From the IMG/VR virus record IMGVR_UViG_3300037466_003065, positions 32,001-96,000 of that record: a DNA stretch of 64,000 nucleotides; one strand, written 5' to 3'. The notes beneath the pieces are model-generated. The model had not been told where the DNA came from. It worked only from the letters and a program-made list of their open reading frames with translations, and ran no database searches. Every line of letters begins with the position of its first letter. The first letter of the stretch is position 1. Shown one piece after another: positions 36,741 through 45,872 of the stretch. The DNA comes from a virus. The position numbers and the translations under genes were made by a program.

Positions 36741-38135
36741 TTGAAAGTGTCAACGCTCAGCCCGACCAAGCTCGAGACCGCCCGCCTCTGCGAGGCCCGC
36801 CTCGCGGCCAAGATGCACGACGAGGAGTACGAGGAGGAGCAGGGTTCCGGTGCCCTGATCGGCGTCCTCGCCCATGGCGCCGCCAAGAACTGGTACCGCT
36901 ACTGCTACTACACCAACCCGGAGACGGGCAAGATCGTCACCGGCGAGCCCAAGCCCACGGACGTCCGCGTCCCCGTCAACACCCCGGACGAGGCGTTCGA
37001 GGCCGCCATGCAGGAGTGTGCGGAGTCCGTCGACTTCGACGGCAACCCGGCCAGCCAACTCCCGAAGGAGCCCAACGACGTCATCGAGGCCCGGACGATG
37101 TTCGACATGATCATCGCCAACTACAACCGGGACGTCGTGAAGGTGCTGTACGCCGAACGCCGGTACAAGGGCCACCTGTCCAACGGCGTGCCGATCCACA
37201 CGATCATCGACCTGATCCTCGACCGCGGCAACGGCGTGATCGAGGTGGTCGACTTCAAGACCGGGTTCATCACCTGCACCGAGGACGAGATGATGAACAA
37301 GGATCAGGTTCTGATGAACCTGGTCGTCCTCAACCAGGATCAAGACCTCGCCCGCTTCCCGCACAAGCAGTTCACCTACTTCTGGGTGCGGAAGGGCTTC
37401 CAGACCGGGCCGGTCAGCATGCCGGTCGAGCGGCTGAAGGACTACGAGCTGTTCCTGCTCTACGAGTACCAGCGGCTGCTGAACATCCAGGAGCCGAAGG
37501 AGTCGATCAACCGCTTCTGCGGGAGCTGCGGGCGCCGGCACAAGTGCCAGAAGTTCGCCGACTTCGTCGCCGAGGCCCTCGGCAAGCCCAAGGAGCTGAC
37601 CCCGGAGGAGGCGGCCGCCGTCGACGACGAGACCCTGCTCTCCCAGAGCGACCTGCTCAAGGGCCAGATCCAGTTGCTGGAGTCCCGCCGCGAGGCGATC
37701 GGCGAGGTCATCAAGCTGCGGATGAAGAACGCCAACGTCAAGGAGATCGTCGGCGACAAGTTCAAGGTGCGGCTGCAGCAGAACATCTCGACCAGCTACA
37801 GCTACACGACCGTCGCGAGGCTGTGTAACGAGCGGAACGTCAACCTTGGCGACCTCGTGTCGCTCAGCAAGTCGAAGGTCGAGGCGGCGTTCAGCTCGGA
37901 CGCCGATGCCATGGCCGCCCTAACCCAGACGATGCAGAAGTTTTCGACTGCACCGTTCATCGTTGTCTCGCCGAAGAGTGCTGCGAAGCGTACGGCGGCG
38001 ACGGCTAAGGCGGCCCTCGACGGCAGCCAGCCCGCCAAGCCGCGGGCCCCGCGCAAGCAGAAGGCCGACCCGGCACCCCAGTCGGTGGCCGAGGCGTCGG
38101 TCGCCCCGCCGCCCGACGACACCCCTGCACTCTAA
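36741..38135 (+). CDS. RecB/AddB/Cas4-like PD-(D/E)xK exonuclease
   Basis: LSPTKL...LC, G.LAHGAAK, IIDLILDRGNGVIEVVDFKTG, C-terminal RFCGSCGRRHKC. Confidence 0.85.
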   Translation: MKVSTLSPTKLETARLCEARLAAKMHDEEYEEEQGSGALIGVLAHGAAKNWYRYCYYTNPETGKIVTGEPKPTDVRVPVNTPDEAFEAAMQECAESVDFDGNPASQLPKEPNDVIEARTMFDMIIANYNRDVVKVLYAERRYKGHLSNGVPIHTIIDLILDRGNGVIEVVDFKTGFITCTEDEMMNKDQVLMNLVVLNQDQDLARFPHKQFTYFWVRKGFQTGPVSMPVERLKDYELFLLYEYQRLLNIQEPKESINRFCGSCGRRHKCQKFADFVAEALGKPKELTPEEAAAVDDETLLSQSDLLKGQIQLLESRREAIGEVIKLRMKNANVKEIVGDKFKVRLQQNISTSYSYTTVARLCNERNVNLGDLVSLSKSKVEAAFSSDADAMAALTQTMQKFSTAPFIVVSPKSAAKRTAATAKAALDGSQPAKPRAPRKQKADPAPQSVAEASVAPPPDDTPAL

Positions 38136-38147
38136 GGAAGGACTCAC

Positions 38148-39557
38148 ATGAACAGCTTGTACCGCCGCACGCGGGTGCTGCTCGTGTCCGATCATCCCGC
38201 CCTCGACACCGGCTTCGGCCGGGTGATCAAGGAGATCGGCACGGGCCTCGCCCTCAGCGACCAGTTCGAGGTCGCCCAGCTCGCGTGGTTCCCGCAGTGG
38301 GCCAACCGCGACCGCATGATCCCGTACCGCATCTTCCCCACCGGCCAGGTCGGCACGATCGCCGAGCGTCAGGCCGACAGCTACGGCCAGGTCAGCTTCG
38401 ACAAGGTCGTCGCCGAGTTCCAGCCCGACGTCGTCCTCACGCTGGGCGACGTCCACTGGGTCGACCACATCGCCCGCCGGCCCCGCAGCCATAAGCTGGT
38501 CGGGTACATCCCGGTCGACTGCGGGCCGATCCCCAAGAGCTGGATGCGGACGCTGGCGGCCTTCGACGAGGTCGTCGCGTTCGGGAAGTTCGGCGCCCAG
38601 CAGATCTGGGCCCACGATCCGGGCAAGCTCCTCAAGATCATCCCTCACGGGTGCGACGCCGACACGTTCAAGCCGCTGCGGGGCAAGCCCAACCCGGCCC
38701 GCGAGGCGATCGCCGGCCCGTTCAAGTTCGTGGTCGGCACGGTCGCCCGGAACACGGGCCGCAAGAACCTCCCTCGCCTCCTGAAGGCGTTCAAGAAGTT
38801 CATCAGTCGATACGGCGTCTGCGAGAACTGTGAGACCGTCAACTTCCTCGAGCCCGACCAGCGTGAGTGTTCGTGCAGCAACTGTGGCGGCAATCACTTT
38901 GCCTGGGGCCCGGGCAAGGATGACGCCTTCCTCTACCTGCACACGGTGGCAAAGGACTCGGCCGGCTACGACCTGCACGCCCTGATCGACCGCCTCGGCC
39001 TCAAGGGACGCGTCGGGATCCCGGACGGCATGGAGGTGGGGCAGGGCGTCCCGGACGACGAGCTGAACCTGATCTACAACGCGATGGACGTCTTCACCCT
39101 TCCCACGATGGGTGAAGGCTGGGGCCTGCCGATCGCAGAGGCCATGGCCGCCGGCCGGCCCGTGCTGGTCACCAACTACTCCGGACACATGGAGTTCGTG
39201 CAGGACGCCGGCTCGACGATCGACGTCGCGGAGTTCGAGACCAGCACGACCCACGGGGGCGAGTTCGCCCTGGTCGACATCAACGACTACGTGATGAAGC
39301 TCGACCAGCTCTACTACGATTCGGACTCGTTCTGGACGAAGTGGGGCCGGCACCTGATGGCCGGCGGCGTCCCCGAGGAGGCCAAGTCGCAGTTCATCAC
39401 CGGCGACCCGCTCCGGCTCGAGCTGGGCAACCGTGCCCGCGGGAAGATGCTCGACTACCGCTGGAACCTGATCGTCGCCCAGTGGGCGAGTCTCCTGAGC
39501 AGCCTGGTGGGCACGAAGCCCACCGTCGCCGACATGCTCGGCATGGAGGAAATGTGA
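38148..39557 (+). CDS. GT-B glycosyltransferase (GT4-like) with Cys-rich insertion
   Basis: VLLVSDHPALDTGFGRV, IPHGCD, GTVARNTGRKN, YNAMDVFTLPTMGEGWGLPIAEAMAAGRPV. Confidence 0.9.
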   Translation: MNSLYRRTRVLLVSDHPALDTGFGRVIKEIGTGLALSDQFEVAQLAWFPQWANRDRMIPYRIFPTGQVGTIAERQADSYGQVSFDKVVAEFQPDVVLTLGDVHWVDHIARRPRSHKLVGYIPVDCGPIPKSWMRTLAAFDEVVAFGKFGAQQIWAHDPGKLLKIIPHGCDADTFKPLRGKPNPAREAIAGPFKFVVGTVARNTGRKNLPRLLKAFKKFISRYGVCENCETVNFLEPDQRECSCSNCGGNHFAWGPGKDDAFLYLHTVAKDSAGYDLHALIDRLGLKGRVGIPDGMEVGQGVPDDELNLIYNAMDVFTLPTMGEGWGLPIAEAMAAGRPVLVTNYSGHMEFVQDAGSTIDVAEFETSTTHGGEFALVDINDYVMKLDQLYYDSDSFWTKWGRHLMAGGVPEEAKSQFITGDPLRLELGNRARGKMLDYRWNLIVAQWASLLSSLVGTKPTVADMLGMEEM

Positions 39558-40696
39558 GCCACAGCCGCAACATCATCTGGCGGGGCGCCGCCACCGACCC
39601 GTCCGGGTACGGGGAGGCCACCCGCAACTACGTCCTGGGCCTCGCCGACGCGGCGGCCGTCAAGCTGCAGAACGAATCGTTCTTCAAGGGGCAGCCCTGC
39701 CTGAACCACTGGGCCACGCTGGAGCGGTTGCGTCGGACGCGCGTCGACAACGACAAGCCCCACACCTACGTGCAGCACCTGACCCCCGAGAACTACGTCA
39801 CCCTCCCCGGCCAGCACGTCTACCACGTCGGCATGACGACGTTCGAGACCGACCGGATCCCCGACCAGTGGCGCACGCCGATGCGGGCGATGGACGAGAT
39901 CTGGACGCACAGCACGTGGGGCAAGACCGTCTTCGAGGAGCAGGGCATCCGCAACGTTAAGGTCGTCCCCCACGGGGTCGACACGAAGCGGTTCACCCCG
40001 GAGGGGCCCGCGCTCGGCGTGATCGAGGAGAGCGGCCTTGGTCGCTCATTCCTGTTCGGCTCCAACTTCGACTGGACGGAGCGGAAGAACCCGCGGGCCC
40101 TGCTCCGGGCCTTCCTCGGCGAGTTTGGGCCGGACGACGACGCCGCCCTGGTGATCAAGTCGTACCATCAGTTCCCCCTCGAGCGGTCGCGGGCCTACAT
40201 CCGCGGCTACATCGAGTCGGTGCGAAAAGAGTTGGGTAAACGAAAAGGCGACTCCGCGCCGATCTATGTCATCAGCGACATGCTGGACGGCGAAGACCTG
40301 CCCAGCTTCTACCGGTCGCTCGACGCGTACGTCCTCCCGACGCGCGGCGAGGGCTGGGGCCTGACGTACAGCGAGGCCATGGCGTGTGCGGTGCCGACGA
40401 TTGGTACGGGATGGGGTGGCAACACCCAGTTCATGAACACGCGGAACAGCGTCCTGCTCAGTTCCAAGTTGGTGCCGATCACCGCCGAGCAGGCGGGGCC
40501 CCAGCGACAGTACGCGGGACACCGGTGGGCCGAAGTGGACGTCGACGAGCTGCGTGTGGTCATGCGGAAGCTCTACGAGAGCAACTCGCTGGCCCAGTTC
40601 GGTGCGGTCGCCCGCGGTGACATGGTCAAGTATTTCAGTTGGGAGAACGCCTGCGTCCAGGCAATCGACGCGCTCGAGTTCGACGTCGCCTTCTAG
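39554..40696 (+). CDS. GT-B glycosyltransferase (GT4-like)
   Basis: GTG 39554. DPSGYGEATR, TTFETDRIP, VVPHGVDT, TERKNPRALL, YVLPTRGEGWGLTYSEAMACAVPTI. Confidence 0.9.
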   Translation: MSHSRNIIWRGAATDPSGYGEATRNYVLGLADAAAVKLQNESFFKGQPCLNHWATLERLRRTRVDNDKPHTYVQHLTPENYVTLPGQHVYHVGMTTFETDRIPDQWRTPMRAMDEIWTHSTWGKTVFEEQGIRNVKVVPHGVDTKRFTPEGPALGVIEESGLGRSFLFGSNFDWTERKNPRALLRAFLGEFGPDDDAALVIKSYHQFPLERSRAYIRGYIESVRKELGKRKGDSAPIYVISDMLDGEDLPSFYRSLDAYVLPTRGEGWGLTYSEAMACAVPTIGTGWGGNTQFMNTRNSVLLSSKLVPITAEQAGPQRQYAGHRWAEVDVDELRVVMRKLYESNSLAQFGAVARGDMVKYFSWENACVQAIDALEFDVAF

Positions 40697-40703
40697 GAGA
40701 ACC

Positions 40704-41372
40704 GTGAGACGTACAAAGGACAACAGCAAGGAGCCGCTGGTCGAACTCGACCCCGGCAAGATGGTGGGGATGTTCGGGGTGAACTGGCGACAGTTGCCCA
40801 TGGTCTACGCGAGTTGCAACCTGCAGGGGACGCACGAGCAGCGCCAGCGGACGTACGACGGCCACTTCCGCATCGCCACGGAGCTGTGCCCCTTGGGCAT
40901 CCTGCTCTCCCCGCTCCGCAGCAACGGGGCCCTGGAGATCTGCGACGGCAGGGTCGGCAGCACCAGCCCGCTGAACTCCCTCACGCGGCCCGAGATCAGG
41001 GCACGAGACCTCAAGGACGTCGCCCGTTCCCGCGTCGTGATGCTCGACCTCGAAGCCCACGAGATCGAGTACGACGTGCTCGAGCGCGAGGATCGGATCG
41101 GTGCCACTCCCAAGGAGCACCGCCTGATCCGGGCCGGCTCGCCGCCCGGTTACCAGGCCAAGGTGCTCGGCCAGGTCACGATGCCCGCTCCGTTCACGGG
41201 CAGCGTCGTCGAGTGTTACGAGGCTTACCGGCTGGGCATCCCGGTCGTCGCGTACAACGCCCCCAAGCGAACCCCTCAAAGCTACTCGCCCTGGTTCGGG
41301 GACTTCTTCACCAAGGTGCTCGACACCGAGAAGGACGCGATCGAGTACGTCCGGCGTAACTGGCTGGTGTAA
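40704..41372 (+). CDS. Nucleoside 2-deoxyribosyltransferase / nucleotide N-glycosidase-like protein
   Basis: GTG 40704 with RBS AGGAG. IRARDLKDVARSRVVMLDL...TGSVVECYEAYRLGIPVVAY resembles the NDT/RCL fold motif. Confidence 0.6.
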   Translation: MRRTKDNSKEPLVELDPGKMVGMFGVNWRQLPMVYASCNLQGTHEQRQRTYDGHFRIATELCPLGILLSPLRSNGALEICDGRVGSTSPLNSLTRPEIRARDLKDVARSRVVMLDLEAHEIEYDVLEREDRIGATPKEHRLIRAGSPPGYQAKVLGQVTMPAPFTGSVVECYEAYRLGIPVVAYNAPKRTPQSYSPWFGDFFTKVLDTEKDAIEYVRRNWLV

Positions 41373-41404
41373 AGAACCACCCTCGTTCGGTCGATCATTT
41401 CACC

Positions 41405-41983
41405 ATGCTCAACATGGTGAAATCATTGATTGACGAGGGTCTCTCTTTGGCTCAAATCGGGGAGCGTGTTGGCTGGCACTATCTGAAGGTTTATCGCTTT
41501 CTCAACGAGCACGGGCTCAAGACCAAGCATCGTCGCAAGGCTCGCACCCTCCCTTCTCGCAATCGCCCCCACCTATGTGAGTGTGGCGAGTCAGACCCGT
41601 CTCGCTTCAGCAGGAAGAACAAAACCGTCTGCATGGCATGCGTCCAGGCTGCGGTACGTGTACGGGTTAAGCAGCTTCGCCGGCAGATGATCGATTTTCT
41701 TGGGGGGCAATGCTGCCTGTGCGAGTTCAGCTTGTACCCATCCGCGCTCCATATCCACCATTTCGATCCAGCGATCAAAGATCCGCGGCTAAAAAAGGAC
41801 GGGGATGCGTGGCTTAGTTGGCGATGGGAGCGAGTTGAGGTTGAGCTGAGAAAGTGCGTCCTTTTGTGTGCCAACTGTCATGCGGGGGTTACTTGGGATG
41901 GCGCTATTGTCCCCCCGAATAAAATGCCACCTCACCTCTTGTACTCGAATTTAATCCCGGGTACATTACCTACCCATAAGTGA
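41405..41983 (+). CDS. HNH homing endonuclease-like protein with N-terminal HTH
   Basis: GLSLAQIGERVG HTH, CECG..CMAC, GGQCCLC...LHIHHFDP...KCVLLCANCH. Visibly lower GC than its neighbours. Confidence 0.85.
   Translation: MLNMVKSLIDEGLSLAQIGERVGWHYLKVYRFLNEHGLKTKHRRKARTLPSRNRPHLCECGESDPSRFSRKNKTVCMACVQAAVRVRVKQLRRQMIDFLGGQCCLCEFSLYPSALHIHHFDPAIKDPRLKKDGDAWLSWRWERVEVELRKCVLLCANCHAGVTWDGAIVPPNKMPPHLLYSNLIPGTLPTHK
41939..41968 (+). promoter_or_regulatory. Sigma-70-like promoter with overlapping TAATC-N7-CATTA site, inside the 3' end of the HNH gene
   Basis: TTGTAC(41939)-N17-TACATT(41962); TAATC-ccgggta-CATTA at 41952-41968. Confidence 0.55.
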
Positions 41984-41993
41984 GTCTGATCCC

Positions 41994-42593
41994 ATGAATA
42001 ATCCCACCACCAAGAGCTTTGAGGACTGGCGGCGGGAGTTGGACGGGGCGTACCCACCGGGTCGCCTCGTCCACTCCTACGGGGGAGACCACCCGAACAT
42101 CCTGATCGTGGGGTACAAGGCCGTCCGCGGCGAACAGCACCCGTTCCAGACGTCCCCGGGCATCAGGGTGGTCGAGGGCCTCGTCCGCCTCGGCGTGCCC
42201 CCGGCGGCCGTCCGGATCGGCTACCTGTTCCGCGACCACGAGGCGCCGAACGACGATAAGGCGTGTACCAAGCTGTGGGTCAAGGAGCTCATGGAGGAGA
42301 TCGACATCCTCAAGCCCCGGGCCGTCCTCCTGCTCGGCAAGCGGGTGGCCGACACCATCCTCGGCGTCAACGACAACGACATCGACAAGTACCGCCGCAC
42401 CCGGTTCGCCACCAAGCCGCTGGGGGTCAACTTCATGGTGACCTACTCGCCGGAGGAGCTGGCGGCCGCCGGCGACTGGGACACCGAGACCTCCAAGACG
42501 TTCATGGAAGACCTCTTCGCCCTGGTCACCGTGAACGAGAAGCACTACCCAAACCTGATCCTGCTCGCCCCGGCCAAGGAGGGGATGAAGTAA
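41994..42593 (+). CDS. Degenerate uracil-DNA glycosylase-fold (family 4-like) protein
   Basis: PNILIVGYKA, EEIDILKPRAVLLLGKRVADTILG, FMVTYSP. The canonical GEAPG and HP motifs are altered. Confidence 0.65.
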   Translation: MNNPTTKSFEDWRRELDGAYPPGRLVHSYGGDHPNILIVGYKAVRGEQHPFQTSPGIRVVEGLVRLGVPPAAVRIGYLFRDHEAPNDDKACTKLWVKELMEEIDILKPRAVLLLGKRVADTILGVNDNDIDKYRRTRFATKPLGVNFMVTYSPEELAAAGDWDTETSKTFMEDLFALVTVNEKHYPNLILLAPAKEGMK

Positions 42594-44071
42594 TGCCCAA
42601 GGCACCCGACATCCAGTTCCTCGACGACGCGGCCCACGTCGCCGCCCGCAAGTACATCGTCGAGCAGTTCCCCGGCGTCGTCGGCGTCAAGCTGAAGCAG
42701 GACGACGGCAGTCCGTGGCTGGTCAACCCGTCCAACAACACGACGTACAACGTCGCGGTCGGCATGCCCCAGCAGGATCCCCGCATCCTGACCGTAGCCT
42801 TCCTCGCCGGCGCCCTGCCGCGGTTCGGCCGGGTCGGTTCGGTCTGGTACGGCCTGCTCAACCCAGCCACCTCCCAACTCCACCTGATCACGACGGCCGA
42901 CCTGACGGCCCTGATGAACAACTGGCAGGCGACGGCCGGCGGGGTGACGGTGACCCAGAACGGCGAGTACCTGATGTTCCACCTGAACGTCGCGTACCTC
43001 CAGGACACCAACAAGATCCGCAAGACGTTCACGCTGGGCAAGGGCGACGACAGCTTCGACATGTTCCGCCGGCTCGACGGGGCCACGGACGACGGCTTCT
43101 GCCACCTGCACGCCCACTCGATGTACTCCCTGCTCGACGGGGCCACCTCGATCGAGGGCATGGCCCGGGCGGCGGCCCTGAACGGCCAGAAGGCGATGGC
43201 CCTGACCGACCACGGGGTCATGTTCGGCACGTGGAAGTTCTACAAGGCGTGCCGGGAGTGGGGCGTCAAGCCCCTGCTCGGCGTCGAGGCGTACGTCGTC
43301 GACGACCTGCACGACGGGTACCGCACCGCGGACGGCACCAAGGCCCGGTTCGAACACCACATGGGCATGGTGGCCATGAACGACGAGGGCTGGGGGAACC
43401 TCTGCCAGATGATGTCGGAGGCCAGCCGGGACTGGTTCCACTACGTCCCCCGGATCGGGCACGAGCTGATCCGGAAGTACAACAAGGGCATCATCTTCTT
43501 CACCGGCTGCTTTAAGGGTCTCGCCCCCTGGTACTGCCAGGACTTCGACCCGCCGCCCGCCGACATGCCTACCGGTCAGCACAAGTGGTGGTTCAAGAAG
43601 GATCTCGACCGGGCCTTCCGCTACCTCCAGTTCTACAAGGAGATGCTCGGCGACCGCCTGTACGGCGAGGTCATGAACATCGACTTCGAGCGGTACATGC
43701 GGTGCGTTCCGACGCTCCGCGAGATGTACGCCAAGCTCGGGATCAAGGAGTTCATGTCGAACGACTGCCACTACGAGACGGCCGAGGAGTCGATCGTCCA
43801 GGCCCTCGCGTCCCGCATCAACAACACGAAGGTCGACGAGCTGGGGGACAAGTTCACGAAGCAGGGCTGCTACTTCATCAAGTCGGTGGCCGAGATGAAG
43901 GCCGACTGGACGAGCCCGAATTTGTTCAGCACGACCATGGAGGTTGCCGAACGTTGCAACATCGACTGGTCGCCGAAGAAGGGGGAATCGAAGTATTTGT
44001 TCCCACGATTCCCAGTCGAAGACGATGTCGATTGGCAAGAGTTCTTGCAGAGCGAAGGAGCACGCCAGTGA
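42593..44071 (+). CDS. dnaE: DNA polymerase III alpha, N-terminal part: unknown ~160-aa domain plus PHP domain
   Basis: ATG 42593 (TAATG). FCHLHAHSMYSLLDG, LTDHGVMFG, LLGVEAY, HHMGMV, TGCFKG, SNDCHY. Ends YLFPRFPV...GARQ*. Confidence 0.9.
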   Translation: MPKAPDIQFLDDAAHVAARKYIVEQFPGVVGVKLKQDDGSPWLVNPSNNTTYNVAVGMPQQDPRILTVAFLAGALPRFGRVGSVWYGLLNPATSQLHLITTADLTALMNNWQATAGGVTVTQNGEYLMFHLNVAYLQDTNKIRKTFTLGKGDDSFDMFRRLDGATDDGFCHLHAHSMYSLLDGATSIEGMARAAALNGQKAMALTDHGVMFGTWKFYKACREWGVKPLLGVEAYVVDDLHDGYRTADGTKARFEHHMGMVAMNDEGWGNLCQMMSEASRDWFHYVPRIGHELIRKYNKGIIFFTGCFKGLAPWYCQDFDPPPADMPTGQHKWWFKKDLDRAFRYLQFYKEMLGDRLYGEVMNIDFERYMRCVPTLREMYAKLGIKEFMSNDCHYETAEESIVQALASRINNTKVDELGDKFTKQGCYFIKSVAEMKADWTSPNLFSTTMEVAERCNIDWSPKKGESKYLFPRFPVEDDVDWQEFLQSEGARQ

Positions 44072-44751
44072 ATCACATCGACCTCAATCGTATTGCCACG
44101 TCGTATCGTCCGATCCACCTGAACGTCCCGGATCACGCCAGCTTCCAGAACGAGCACGAGCCCCACGCCTTCAACGGCCTGGTGCAGCAGACCCTGAAGT
44201 GCGCGAACTTCAAGGACTGGAAGAACCGGATGACCCACCTCCAGATCTCCGAGCGTGATCTGAGCAACCCGCCGCCGACGCCCCGCTACCTCGAGATCGG
44301 GACGTACCGCGGGTGCAGCCTGGTGCAGGTCTTCGCGATGTGCCCGGGCATGGAGCTGCACACGCTGAACATCCTCCCCGAGCAGGCCCGGGACAAGACG
44401 ATCGAACTGCTCCCGAAGGAGGAGATCGGTCTCGCCGCACGTCAGCAGGGGATCGCGTTCACCCAGCACTACGGCGACAGCAAGGAGTTCGACTTCTCCG
44501 AGCTGGGCGAGTTCGACGTCATCTTCATCGACGGCTGTCACGAGCCAAGCTACGTCAAGTACGACGCCGTCACCGGCCGAAACCTGCTCTCGCCGGGCGG
44601 TGTCCTGATTTTCCACGACTACCACGACCGAAACGAGATCGGTCGCGGGGTCATGAAGATGCTCGACTACCTCAACTCCGGAGCCCTCTTCGACGGCCAA
44701 CTCCAGCACATCGAAGGCACCTCCCTCGTGTACTGGAGGAAGCCGCTGTGA
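44068..44751 (+). CDS. Class I SAM-dependent methyltransferase (Methyltransf_24-like)
   Basis: GTG 44068. RYLEIGTYRGCS, FDVIFIDGCHEPSYVKYD...LSPGGVLIFHDY. Confidence 0.88.
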   Translation: MNHIDLNRIATSYRPIHLNVPDHASFQNEHEPHAFNGLVQQTLKCANFKDWKNRMTHLQISERDLSNPPPTPRYLEIGTYRGCSLVQVFAMCPGMELHTLNILPEQARDKTIELLPKEEIGLAARQQGIAFTQHYGDSKEFDFSELGEFDVIFIDGCHEPSYVKYDAVTGRNLLSPGGVLIFHDYHDRNEIGRGVMKMLDYLNSGALFDGQLQHIEGTSLVYWRKPL

Positions 44752-44936
44752 AGCTGGTTACCCACTCCTTCAGCAAGCCGTGGATCAAGCTGTGCTGGGC
44801 CCTGTACTGGCCCGACAAGTACCGAGTCTTCCGCGTGACCTGGTGGCTCCTCGGCTTCATCCCCTTCTGGACTGGCGTCTACGCAACCCCCGACCAGACC
44901 GGCGTCGCAGACGCCCCCATCGACGAGTACACCTGA
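44748..44936 (+). CDS. Small Trp-rich hypothetical protein (62 aa)
   Basis: GTGA and TGATG coupling on both sides. Confidence 0.55.
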   Translation: MKLVTHSFSKPWIKLCWALYWPDKYRVFRVTWWLLGFIPFWTGVYATPDQTGVADAPIDEYT

Positions 44937-45124
44937 TGCGAGACCTTCACGACGACGACTACACCCCACCGCCCGAACCCGAAAACATCATGGAACTGGA
45001 CGAGAACGAGCGGATCATCCTCGGCCGCTATCGCCAGTGCGGCAGGGTAAGCACGGAAATCGCCAAGCTCTTCAACGACCTCGCAGCGAGCTACTCCAAT
45101 GAGAATCCTGATCGCCCGACATAA
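44936..45124 (+). CDS. Small hypothetical protein (62 aa)
   Basis: TGATG coupling at 44936. Confidence 0.55.
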   Translation: MRDLHDDDYTPPPEPENIMELDENERIILGRYRQCGRVSTEIAKLFNDLAASYSNENPDRPT

Positions 45125-45872
45125 CGGCCTCGGTGATATGGTGATGCTGTTCCCGTTCATCGGGACGTACCTCGCCGCCGGCCACCAGGTGACGGTGGAG
45201 ACCCACCCGCGGAACCATGAGTTCCTCCGTTGGGTCTTCCCCTCGGTTCAGACTCTAGCCTGCACGTGCGACCCCTACACTGACTTCCGCCAGCGACAGC
45301 ACGGGTTCGACGTGCTCCTCAACTACAACCGGCTCGAGCTCATTGACGGGTTGTACCGGGATCTCGGCTTGCCCGCCCTCAACTGGCAGTTGCAGTGCTT
45401 AGCAATCGCACTGCAGGCCGGTCTGCCTCGGGTCGCCGACCTGTCGCCCAGCGCGTACGTCGACTACCCGGTCAAGAAGGTCAGGGGGTCGGTGATGGTC
45501 TTCACGCGGTCGACCCATCACTCCCGCACCATGGGCCCGAGCGTCGTCGATCAGCTCCGCCAGAAGTACCCCAACGCCACGATCGACCCGGAGTACGAGA
45601 CCCAGGTCGGCCTCGCCGAACACATCGCCCACGCCGACCTCGTGATCGGCATGGACAGCGGTGCGATCCATGTGGCCGAGGCGTTCAAGACGCGGTGGGT
45701 CTGCCTGCACACGACGTTCGACGAGGCGTCCCGACACCAGTTCTACAAGCACGGCGTCTGCCACCAGTCCGATCACACCTCCTCGCCCTGTTACGCCCAC
45801 GACGGGTGCGGCTTCTGCGGCGGGGCGTGTCCGAGCGAGTTCAACATCAAGGAGCTCAGTAATGGCCAATGA
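45099..45872 (+). CDS. GT9-like glycosyltransferase (heptosyltransferase family)
   Basis: MRILIARHNGLGDMVM, IAHADLVIGMDSGAIHVAEA, C-terminal SPCYAHDGCGFC. Confidence 0.85.
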   Translation: MRILIARHNGLGDMVMLFPFIGTYLAAGHQVTVETHPRNHEFLRWVFPSVQTLACTCDPYTDFRQRQHGFDVLLNYNRLELIDGLYRDLGLPALNWQLQCLAIALQAGLPRVADLSPSAYVDYPVKKVRGSVMVFTRSTHHSRTMGPSVVDQLRQKYPNATIDPEYETQVGLAEHIAHADLVIGMDSGAIHVAEAFKTRWVCLHTTFDEASRHQFYKHGVCHQSDHTSSPCYAHDGCGFCGGACPSEFNIKELSNGQ

